Shown: positions 35,553 through 45,521 of the stretch, in pieces
How the letters are laid out: every line of letters starts with the position of its first letter
Position numbering within the stretch: position 1 is the stretch's first letter
Assembly: GCF_000142905.1 (NCBI RefSeq)
Contig: NW_013657653.1
Coordinates: 62,001-126,000 of the forward strand
Source: Thecamonas trahens ATCC 50062
Lineage: Eukaryota; Protista; Apusomonadida
Direction: 5' to 3'
Length of the DNA: 64,000 bases
Notes under the pieces: generated by a model
The model's database searches: none
What the model saw: the letters and a program-made list of their open reading frames with translations, nothing else
What the model was told of the DNA's origin: nothing
Translations under genes and position numbers: made by a program

Positions 35553-38078
35553 ATGGTTTCCATTGCTGATCCGCGTGGCTACCAGTCGACGCTCCGGAAG
35601 AACGAGTGGGAGGACCTTGAGGACACCGAGTCGGATGAGGAGGAGCCGCTGCCCGAGCTGCCCGTCCTTGACGAGTCCAAGGACGCCCTGCTGCTGGTGA
35701 CCAACCTGCCGGCTGAGAAGGCCAAAAAGTTTGCCAAGCTCGACAAGGTACGTACTCGGTCGTACCAGGCTGCCCTGTCCACGAGCACTCCCCCCTCCCA
35801 TCCTACAACCTCAGCCACATGTTGTGCTTGTCTCTCCCCTTTTCTCGCCCCTCTCCGCGCCGCTGTGCCTCCCTTCTCGCCCCGCTCGTAGGAAAAGGTC
35901 GTGCGAGTGCGATCCGCTGGGATTGATCGAGGCTGGCTCCATCCCGGGTTCTGGCAAAGGGATGGGGGGGGGGGGGGGGGGAACGATGGCGCTACCATGG
36001 AGAGAGGCGAGGGCTGTGCCTCGCGAGCAGGCTGCGGATGGATGCAGGAATGGCAGTAGAGCAGAGAATGTGGCTGGGTGGGTGGGAGCCTGGCTGGCTG
36101 GGGAAGCTGGGCTCCACCTGGGTGGCCGGGGTGAGAGGCGAGGACTCACACAGAGTGTGCGGGGTCGCTGTGAGGGGAGCAGTACGTCAAGAAGCAACTG
36201 AAGAAGGCGCTCAACACACCATACAACCCGCTGACAGACTACGAGCTGTGCGTGGACGATGATGGCAACACGACGGGCCATCTGCTGCTCTCGTTTATCT
36301 CGGACGACGAGGCTGCGTTTGCCAAGGCCAAGCTCGACGGGTACAAGTTTGACAAGAAACACGTGCTCAACGCGTACTCGTTTGCGGACCTGGACCGTGT
36401 TGCCGAGTACCCGGACGAGTACGTTCCGCCGACGGAGGACGAGCTCGAGGCGAACCTCCCGCCTGGGATGAACGAGAACCTCCGGTCGTGGACGACGGAT
36501 CCGCTTGGCCGCGAGCAGTTTGTGATGAAGTACGAGGACCAGGTACAGCTTGCATGGGCGGAGCGCGACCGCGAGCCGGAGACGATCGACGTGCGGACAA
36601 ACTGGTCGGAGACGTACCTCACGTGGTCGCCGCTCGGGTCGTACCTGGCGACGTTCCATTCGGACGGCGAGGTGCCTGTGGGCGTGGCGCTGTGGGGTGG
36701 CAGCGACATGAAGCGGATTCGGCGGTTCCCGCACCGCGGCGTCAAGCTCGTGCAGTTCTCGCCGCAGGAGAACTACCTCATCACGTGGTCGTCGCTGCCT
36801 GTGGACCCGCAGGATGTGGAGAACACGCAGCCGATCATGGTGTGGGAGGTGCTGACCGGCAAGCGGCTTTACACCTCTGCGCCCAAGATCCCCAAGGAGG
36901 CCTTCTCGTGGCCGCTCTTCCAGTGGGCCGGCGACGACTCGGCGTTTGCGCGCATTGCGTCGGACGGCTCGGGCATCCGCCTCATCAACATGCCGGACAT
37001 GACCAAGTCGAAGATCGACATCAAGGGCATCAAGTCGTTTGCCATGTCGCCGACGGACTCGCTGCTCTCGGCATGGGTGCCCGAGGTGGAGAACCAGCCT
37101 GCGCGGGTGGTGCTGGTCAACTCGCGGACGGGCGAGATGATCCGCCACAAGAACCTGGTCCAGGTCGTCAACATCGACATGTTCTGGCAGAAGTCTGGCG
37201 ACAACCTGTGCGTCAAGGTCGACCGTGTCTCCAAGTCTGGTAAGACTTTCTTTGTCAACCTCGAGTTCTTCCGCATCCGCATCAAGGACGTGCCTGTGGA
37301 GACGCTCAAGCTCGACACGCGAGTCATCCGCTTCTCGTGGGAGCCGACTGGCACCCACTTTGCCATCATCCACGGCGCCGACATCGACGTTCCGCGCCCG
37401 GACGTCTCGTTCTACAACCTCCAGCCGAACAAGGTCGAGCACATCAAGACGACCGAGGGCAAGGCCGCCAACGAGCTGTTCTGGTCGCCGCAGGGCAAGC
37501 ACATTGTGGTGGCTGGCCTCCGCGAGCTCAATGGCAAGCTCGAGTTCTGGTCGGTCAACCCGCCGGAGCAGATGGCCATCTGCGAGCACCTCAAGGCCAC
37601 GACCGTCGAGTGGGACCCGACCGGCCGCTACGTCGCCACCTCGATCTCGGCCTGGTCGTCGTCAATCGAGAACGGGTACACTCTGTGGAACTTTGCTGGC
37701 CAGCAGCTCCGCCGTGTGCTCAAGGAGAAGTTCTACCAGTTCCTCTGGCGCCCGCGGCCCAAGTCGCTGCTCTCCAAGTCGCAGGTCAAGAAGATCAAGA
37801 AGAACCTTCGCCACAAGTCGATCGAGTACGACCGCATCGACACCGTCCGCTCGTCATCGCTCGACTCTGCTAAGCGCGCCGAGCGCAACGCCCTCCTCCA
37901 GGAGTACCGCGACCTGTGCACGCGCATGGAGGCCGACGCCGCCGCCATGGCCGACGCCCGCAACGCCCTCATTCTCTCCGCCGCCCCGGCTGGCTACAAC
38001 CCGGACGACGATTGGGAGGAGGTCGAGGTCGAGACCGAGGAGCTGGTCAAGGAGCATGTTGTCCAGGTGAAGGAGTAG
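35553..38078 (+). CDS. EIF3B: Translation initiation factor eIF3b; exons 35553-35747 and 36183-38078
   Basis: RRM (LDGYKFDKKHVL), NWSETYLTWSPLGSYL.T.H..GVALWGG, EWDPTGRY and FYQFLWRPRP motifs. Confidence 0.97.
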
Positions 38079-38119
38079 ATGTCAAGATAGAAGCAAACGC
38101 CTTTGTGTTCAAGAGTGTG

Positions 38120-39972
38120 TTATGACTTGTCCGAGTTGTCGGTCGTTGAGCCAGACGCTGAGCCTGTTGTGTCAAAGTCAACAAAGTCGGTTCGGTACGA
38201 CGAGTTGCCGTCAAAGTACTCAAAGTCGGTCGAGTACAGCTCGGCATCGTGCCACGAGCGGTTGTGTTGGGATGAGGAGGAGGCGGACGAGTAGGAGGAG
38301 GACCCGGCGTCGGGCTTGGCTGTGTCGCGCGATGCCGATCGGGACGCCGACCGCGTGTCAAAGGCCACAAAGTCGGTGACGTAGGCGTGAGAGGCGGAGG
38401 CGTGAGAGGGTGTCGAGTCGGCAGACACGGATGAGTTGTGGCTAGCGGCCGACAAGCTTTCGGGCACAGCGCCCTGAGCATCGTCGGATGCCGAGAGAAC
38501 CTTGGCCTCGCTGTGAGAAGGCGGATAGTGGCGGACGATGTGGGACGACCACTCGTACGACGCCGAACCAGAGCCAGAGCCAGAGCCGGCCAACCGAGAT
38601 GCCTCGGCTGGCGGAGAGGACTCGGGCGACGGAGATGACTCGGACTCAGACTTGGGCGACGGAGATGCCTCGGACTCAGACTCGGGCTCTGTGGCAGAGT
38701 CTGAGAGCTGGACAGAGGCCAGATCGTACTCGGACGGGAGATTGTCCAGCTCTTCAACGGGCACGTTCATGTACGAGAACGAATACTCGTACTCGTAGGT
38801 AAACGACGGCGAGCCCTTGCCCTTGCCCTTTCTCTTACCCTTTCTCTTACCCTTGCCCTTGCTTGTGCGCTTGCGCTTGCGCTTACCCTTGGACGCCTTG
38901 GCCGATCCCGAGCTGCTGGTAGTGGCAGCAGCACGCTCGGCGGCCTTGTTGGCGGAGTCGGCCTCGTCACGAGCGGCCGCCAGCTCCTTCTCCAGCTTTT
39001 TGATCCGCTTCTTCATGGCCTTGGAGTTGTCGGCCTCAGCCTGGGCCTCAGCCAGTTTGTCGGCCACCTGGTCGTAGGCAGCCTCCAGCTCGGCGATGCG
39101 GGCAGCGTGGTGCGACGACGACTTGGACGACGACGACGATGACGAGCCTGATGACGACGAGCCCGACGCCGACGAGCCTGACGAGGAGGCAGAAGAGGAG
39201 GCGCTCGAGACCGACTCGGAGACGATGATGTACTTGGGCACCCTCCGCCTACGCTTGCGCGGCAGCGGCTTGCCTGCAGCTGCGCCGGCGGCAAAGGTGG
39301 GATCATAGCCGTCAACGGCGTAGTTCCCGACATTGCCATACGTCCCGTAGACACCGTACGTGCCGTACGCCGGTGCATGTGGCTTCCGCCGCCGGACCCG
39401 CTTGCGGCGCTTGATCTTCCGCACGTGGGCGTGCTCGTGAACGAGCGAGCCATCGCTGGCACCATGCTTGCGGTGGCTGCTGTGCCGATGAGATGAGCGC
39501 CGCGAAACGCGGTACGAGTCCTTGGACCGGGACCGTCCCGGTTCGACGCGATACGAATCCTTGGAGTGTTTGCGCTTGCCTGTTGCCCCCATCACGCCAC
39601 CAAAGCGACGGCCACCACGACCGATGAGACGACGGCCACCACGACCGATGAGACGACGGCCACCACGACCAATGAGACGACAGCAACCATCGCAACCGAG
39701 CAAAGCGATGCGATTACGATAGCAGCCATATCCATAGATGCGACAGCAGCCACCACGACCGATGCAACGAAGGTAACCGCGACCGATGCGATGAACGCCA
39801 TCGGGCCATCGCCCGCACCAAGCCGACACCAACAAGTCATAGAGGACACATGCGATGATTTTCATGACCACGACAAGCAGCAGACGGTCCACCACCAACA
39901 AGCACGCCATCCATATCACCACCGATGATTGACATGAGTCACCCTTCCACGACCACAGCAAGCCAAGCCCAC

Positions 39973-40004
<32 letters not shown>

Positions 40005-40088
40005 CACGCGCGCCGCACACGCCACACATGCCACAAGGTGGCAGACACACCCATGCACACGATGAAAGAGCGTACTTGAACTACCCAT
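38120..40088 (-). CDS. Hypothetical basic/Ser-rich low-complexity protein with a coiled coil; exons 40088-40076 and 39579-38120
   Basis: A GTACGC..GACTCAT..CAG intron gives MGSSSKRKHSKDSYRV, a possible N-myristoylation site. The protein has polybasic tracts, a heptad region and YEYEYSFSY. Confidence 0.7.
39606..39677. repeat. 24-bp tandem repeat x3 (CGACGGCCACCACGACCGATGAGA), intronic
   Basis: Seen directly; the third copy has one substitution. Confidence 0.9.
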
Positions 40089-40222
40089 GTTGTGCCTTCC
40101 TCACAGTCACAAGAGGGCGAGGAATGGTGGTCAGAGTGAGTTGTGGCAGACCTGGTGCGGTTGGGCGGGAAGGAGGGAGGGGAGGGGGGGAGAAGGCGCC
40201 ATGAACCAACGATTAAGTGCAA

Positions 40223-40455
40223 GGAGAAACAATTGATGAACACGTTTTGGCTCCGCACACACCACACACAGCATGCACACATGCATGAGACACACTGTTG
40301 TATTGATCAGTATGTTCTCTTAGATAAAATGGGATTTGTTTTGCCATCTACGTCCTGTGCTCAGAGATCGTGGGCACAAGTGTAGGGAGAAACAGTTGAT
40401 GGACACGTTCTGGCTCCGCACACACCACACACAACATGCACACATACATGAGACA
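40223..40455. repeat. 70-bp direct repeat (40223-40292 and 40386-40455), part of a roughly 163-bp tandem duplication
   Basis: The two copies differ by 5 transitions; degenerate similarity continues in the flanks. Confidence 0.9.
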
Positions 40456-40606
40456 TGCCACGGGCTAGATCACTTTGTTCTCTTTAGTCTTTGGTTATGA
40501 CGTTATCTGTATTCCTATCTACTGCCTGCATTCAGATATCGTGGGCATTGTCGCGCAACTCCGCCTCTCCACACCCCATCCACTCCCCCGCAGATCACGA
40601 CAGCAA

Positions 40607-41902
40607 TCATGGAACAAACAAGGCATCCAGAGAGCAGTCGGCAACCGTCGGATTGGCCACAACCTGGTGGATCTGCTGGTTGTACGCTATCGACGACACC
40701 TCGTCCGACGCGCGATCGACTTGGCCAGCGCCATGCGCCCGTGCCCGGAGCGCCCGCATATCAAACCGACTCGGATCCTCGCTGTACTGCACGTAGCACT
40801 GCGAGCAGAGGCGCTTAAACCGTGTCTTGCCCTGAAACTGCAGACACGAGATGCACGGTGTTGAAATTATCTCCTCCTGCCACACAAGCTCCGGATTGCG
40901 CTCCAGATACGTCGCCTCCACCGCCTTGAACAGATCCGCAAGCGTCGTTGTGGCCAGCGCAGCCTCGCGGGCTGCCGCGTCGAGGAGCTCGAACCAGATC
41001 GGAAAGAGGCCCACAATCGACGACTCCATCTCACCTGACGACGTCATCCCGTACAGCGGCCACGTGCTGACTCCGTGGTACCGCCGGTACGACTCCCGCG
41101 AGAGGAACTTAGTCATCCCGCCCGACCCGCAAAAGTTGTACAGCGCCACAATCGGCCGGTTCGGCCGGTCTGCAATCAGCGCCGCGTACGTTTCAAACAG
41201 CTGCTGAAAGTACAAGTACTTGAGCGCATGCGGCATGTGCGAGTGCGAGACCGCCCCGTAGGCCTCGTCGTCCGGCGAAGCGTACGGCATGTGAGCATAG
41301 AACTCGCGTGTGAGCGTCGATGAGTGCTCGTGATTGTATGTCAACTCGGGCATGTGCACGTCCCCACACAGATCGCATGGCGTCGTCGCTAGGAGCGTGC
41401 TCAGTGCCGGATCGTCCTTCTCCATCACGTAGTGCGACCATCCGTGCGAGTAGATGGCAAACAAGACCGATCGCCCGCCTTCCAGCCCACGCAGCACGTT
41501 CAACACCGTCTGCGGATTGACATCTTGTCCGTCATAGTTTGCGCCTCCCTCTGCCATGAGCATCTCGACAGCCTCGGCCATATCGGCCTCACGCTCAGCC
41601 CATCGCGACGCCGATCTCGCCTCGTCCATCGACGGCGAGAAGAGTGGCAGGCCCGTGCTCGCCGCCTTGTTCAACCACGCCATCGTCTCCTTTGCCTGCG
41701 CAATGACCACGATTCGATCTCGAGGAAGCAGCTTCCGCAGCGTAGTGTATGCCCTTCCGATGTACGCTAACGAGACATGGGCACCCATGGTCCCTCCCTC
41801 GCCCACAATCGAATGATGCTCGCCAGCCACCAACACAGCCCACGGCAGCTCATTGCTCACATCCAGCCCTCCCGGAAACGCCACCATCTCGCCTGCCGCC
41901 AT
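40607..41902 (-). CDS. Divergent peptidase C13 (legumain/GPI8-like, clan CD)
   Basis: WAVLVAG, NYDGQDVNPQTVLNVLRG, FAIYSHG (catalytic His), YNFCGSGGM (catalytic Cys) and YGMTSSGEMESS appear in legumain order. Confidence 0.75.
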   Translation of the reverse strand: MAAGEMVAFPGGLDVSNELPWAVLVAGEHHSIVGEGGTMGAHVSLAYIGRAYTTLRKLLPRDRIVVIAQAKETMAWLNKAASTGLPLFSPSMDEARSASRWAEREADMAEAVEMLMAEGGANYDGQDVNPQTVLNVLRGLEGGRSVLFAIYSHGWSHYVMEKDDPALSTLLATTPCDLCGDVHMPELTYNHEHSSTLTREFYAHMPYASPDDEAYGAVSHSHMPHALKYLYFQQLFETYAALIADRPNRPIVALYNFCGSGGMTKFLSRESYRRYHGVSTWPLYGMTSSGEMESSIVGLFPIWFELLDAAAREAALATTTLADLFKAVEATYLERNPELVWQEEIISTPCISCLQFQGKTRFKRLCSQCYVQYSEDPSRFDMRALRARAHGAGQVDRASDEVSSIAYNQQIHQVVANPTVADCSLDALFVP

Positions 41903-42149
41903 CTTCCTCCTCTACTGGTCGACAAGTACCTCCTCACCTGCTTCCCACCACCACCCCGTCCCCCCTCTGCATTTCTGCCTACCACTCACTGTGTCGCAAT
42001 CGGCCCGAACAGTGGCGAAGGAATGCTGCGAAGGAATTGCCACCGCCATGCTCCACCTCGCTGCAAACTATATTCAATGCTCTGATGGAGAGCCCAGCTG
42101 GCATTCTGTGCGATACCTCTCGCGCCCATCGGCTTCCATCCACGTGCTA

Positions 42150-45047
42150 CTACTGCCACTCGTGTTGAGCCTTGCTCTCCTCCTCAAGCTTGCCCACATT
42201 GAGAAACACGTCCTCCAGCGTCGTCTGCGAGACACCCCAGTCAGAGATGAGATTCGGAACGGTCTCGATCCAGGCAAAGACGTGCGGGACCGAGGCCACC
42301 GCAGCCTCGGACTGAAAAGCAAAGTTGACTTTGCGCCCGCGGACCGAGCCGACCGTTGCAAGCGGCGCTACCTCGCCCATCGCCTCAGTAATCTCGCTCA
42401 CGGCCTCGGGCGCCGCCGCAATGATCGCAATCGAGTACCCCGAGCCGTACGCGTTCTTGAGGTGGAGCGAGTCGCCGACGCACGACAGTCGCCCTGCAGT
42501 CATGATGGCAATCTTGTCGCCGAGCGTGTCGCATTCGAGCATCGAGTGCGAAGTGACCAGCACAATCCGCCCAGCCTTCAGCCGCTGGATCATCCGCCAC
42601 ACATGCTGCCGGTTGACCACGTCCATGCCGGTCGTCGGCTCGTCCAGCACCACAAACCGCACGTCGCCAATCGTTGCAATCGCCACAGACAGCCGCCGCC
42701 GCATCCCGCCCGAGTACGTCCCGGCCGGTCGCGAGCCAACGTTGGTCAGTCGGACTGCCTCGAGCTTCTCCTCGACCATCGCCTCAACTTTGCTCCACGG
42801 CACGCCACGGATGTGCGCAAACAGCCGCAGATGCTGCCGCGCAGAAAGCTCCGGCCACAGGATGTCGTGCTGTGGGCAGACGCCCGTCACCGCACGCACA
42901 CGCGCCGCTTGGCTCTGCGTTGAGAGACCAAACACAGATATCGAACCCTGGCTCGGTGCCACGAGCGAGAGCATCGCCTTGATCGTCGACGACTTGCCGG
43001 CTCCGTTGTGGCCCAGCAGCGCCAGGATCTCACCCTCGCGCATGTGCAGCGACAACCCGCGCACCGCTGCAAAAGATGCCTTATTGCGCCGGCACCTGAG
43101 CAGCGTACAGCAGCAGCAGAGCATCTTGGTCAGCAACCTTGATCCCCCGTACTCGACGTGCAGATCATGGACTACCACGGGGGAACTCTCCGGGAACGAC
43201 GCCGCCATCGCGGTTTCACCAGCCACGTCGGCCGCCATCTGCGCTCGCTGTGCCTCAAACTCGCTCGAGTACGGCCCGCTCGGCCTGCCTTGCCCACCCT
43301 CGTCCTCTAGCGCTGCCTCTCGCCGTGGACTGCCTCCGGTGCAGCAGCCCCAGTACGACGGGGCGCAGCAGAAGCACACCCCCAGGCGCATCCCAGTCTC
43401 TGACGGCATCACCTCGTCCAAGTACCATGTCGCTACTAGATAGAACACAAAGTTGACACCAAACATGATGAGGTTGACCATCGGCGGCGCAACGTCCACA
43501 GAGTCGTTGGTGGCATACGCCTCTGGCTCCTTGCCCATGTCACTCCACGAGAAGCCCGGTCCGGTCTCGTACTTGTTCGTCGCGTAGTTGAACGTCGAGT
43601 AGGTCTTGGGCGCAATGTCGGTGTAGATCTTACCAAAGTTGTACAGCGGCAGCAAAGCCGAGAGCAGCGTCGTCACCACGTTGGGCACCGAGTCGTCATA
43701 CAGCAGATACACCACCTGCGCCGCAAACAGGATTGATGTGAGGAGGAGACCAAAGACAAAGAGCACAATGCCCGCAAAGACCGCAGACTTGGTCGTCTGC
43801 AGCATCGTCGAAAGCGCAAACGCAAACGGGATGAGCGCTGCTCCAAAGCCGAAAAAGAGCGCAAAGGTGAGCGAGACCGGGACCGTGCGGAAGAAGGCAA
43901 AGCCAAGCGCCCATCCCGTGCCCACCACAAGCACCGCACCGATTGCGGCCAGCACGAGCTCAGTCACTAGCCATGAGATCCAGAAGACGGACGATGGCAG
44001 TCCCATCGTGAGAAGGCCTGACCGCAGCTGCTTCTCCTTCTCGGACACCAGCGCAACTAGAAGGAGAATGAAACCAAACATCATGGCGCAGTAAAAGAAG
44101 ACTGTGCCGGCCGTCACCGCGATCTCATCTGGGCTCGCTCCGGTTGGAACCGACGGGAACGCCTTCCACTTGACAGAGAGACCCGAGAAGCTTCGCGGCG
44201 TCGGAGATGGCGTCACCGTCACGCCATACTTGAGCAGAGCGCGATCAAACGCCAGCTGCAACCGCACCGCCGACAGCCCGATCTCCGGGCGGCTTCGCCC
44301 ACTCTGCTCCTGCTCCTGCTGGCGCCGCTCGGTTGGATCTTCGGACAGCTCGAGTGAGGAATTGTACCAGATCTGGTACCGGGTAATAAAGTCGAGCGAG
44401 GTGTTGGCCGCCACGAACCGGCGCTGGAATCCGTTGGCGGCGTCGCCGTCCCAGGTATATTCGGTGTCGAGGACGAGGACGGCGTTGGTTGTGTTGCGAT
44501 GATCAATGACAAAGGCGAAGACCTCATCCACTGAGGCCATCCCCCACACATCTGCATCATATGAGCCATTCCTTGGTGAGGAGGAGAACGACAACGACGG
44601 TGTGTTGGACACGGCCAAGTCGGCCATGATGGCATTGAGGGCAGGATTGGTGTTGGGAGCATAGATGAGTGTAGCGCATCCAGGAGCAGGTGATCTTGTC
44701 ACACACCTCGGCAGCGAGAAATCTAAACCCTGCGCCACCGGATGTAGGACTCCGCTCCCCTTTGATGCCGTCAATCCCACGGCCAGAGCGTAGAGTCCGA
44801 TAACAAAGACCAATGGCGCCGTGGTCTTGACAAGAGTGGAGAGAGGCCGCTTGGTAAGAAGAATCACATTCTTGGTCACAACAGCAAACAACTGCCGCCA
44901 AAACAGACCTCGGCACATACTGCACCGCCCACACCTCCTTCCCACGAGCTCTGGATGTAATGGGTCAAATGTATCTCTCTTCCCAGCTCGTCCCCTATCC
45001 TCCCCCCCCTCCGCCCGTGTCACTCGCTTACTCTGCGCTTTCCGCAT
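42150..45047 (-). CDS. ABCA-family half transporter A (TMD-NBD)
   Basis: VSEKEKQLR..MGL, GHNGAGKSS, GVCPQHDILW, YSGGMRRRLS, LDEPTTGMD and TTLEDVFL motifs. Start codon uncertain. Confidence 0.93.
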   Translation of the reverse strand: MRKAQSKRVTRAEGGEDRGRAGKRDTFDPLHPELVGRRCGRCSMCRGLFWRQLFAVVTKNVILLTKRPLSTLVKTTAPLVFVIGLYALAVGLTASKGSGVLHPVAQGLDFSLPRCVTRSPAPGCATLIYAPNTNPALNAIMADLAVSNTPSLSFSSSPRNGSYDADVWGMASVDEVFAFVIDHRNTTNAVLVLDTEYTWDGDAANGFQRRFVAANTSLDFITRYQIWYNSSLELSEDPTERRQQEQEQSGRSRPEIGLSAVRLQLAFDRALLKYGVTVTPSPTPRSFSGLSVKWKAFPSVPTGASPDEIAVTAGTVFFYCAMMFGFILLLVALVSEKEKQLRSGLLTMGLPSSVFWISWLVTELVLAAIGAVLVVGTGWALGFAFFRTVPVSLTFALFFGFGAALIPFAFALSTMLQTTKSAVFAGIVLFVFGLLLTSILFAAQVVYLLYDDSVPNVVTTLLSALLPLYNFGKIYTDIAPKTYSTFNYATNKYETGPGFSWSDMGKEPEAYATNDSVDVAPPMVNLIMFGVNFVFYLVATWYLDEVMPSETGMRLGVCFCCAPSYWGCCTGGSPRREAALEDEGGQGRPSGPYSSEFEAQRAQMAADVAGETAMAASFPESSPVVVHDLHVEYGGSRLLTKMLCCCCTLLRCRRNKASFAAVRGLSLHMREGEILALLGHNGAGKSSTIKAMLSLVAPSQGSISVFGLSTQSQAARVRAVTGVCPQHDILWPELSARQHLRLFAHIRGVPWSKVEAMVEEKLEAVRLTNVGSRPAGTYSGGMRRRLSVAIATIGDVRFVVLDEPTTGMDVVNRQHVWRMIQRLKAGRIVLVTSHSMLECDTLGDKIAIMTAGRLSCVGDSLHLKNAYGSGYSIAIIAAAPEAVSEITEAMGEVAPLATVGSVRGRKVNFAFQSEAAVASVPHVFAWIETVPNLISDWGVSQTTLEDVFLNVGKLEEESKAQHEWQ

Positions 45048-45521
45048 TTCGCCATTTCCAGCCTTTTTCGGCAACCGCCTTTGTCGTACTGATCCGCCTT
45101 GATCTCGCCTGTCTTTGGTGTGCTGGCAGTAAAGACTTGTACAAGTGGTATGTATGTAGTAGCAATGGTGTAGGTTGGGTGAGTGGACTGGATGTGGCTT
45201 TGGTGTACGATGAGAACGATGATCGAGGAAGATGATGTTCCATGGAACATCAGTGCAGTGATCACCCCATCTGTCAACCATGTCTACTCTCGTCGCCACC
45301 CTCAAGTTATTCTATCCACGGATGTAGGCCAAAAACAGCATCAACAAGCATCACTACTTTACCAAATTCATACCAAAGTTGTGGAGATGTAGCTAACGTA
45401 TCCAGCTCATACAAGTTCCAGAAGTGTTGTTACGCCGCTCTTCGACTGCACGCGCCTGTTCTTTCGTCAGTGACGACCGTAGAGATGACCAGCGAGTTGG
45501 CACAGACTTGACGCCACCCAG

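Noticed and set aside
39580-40282. N-terminal 230 aa of ORF 38120-40282
   Set aside because: Intron and upstream sequence: CA microsatellite and 24-mer repeats.
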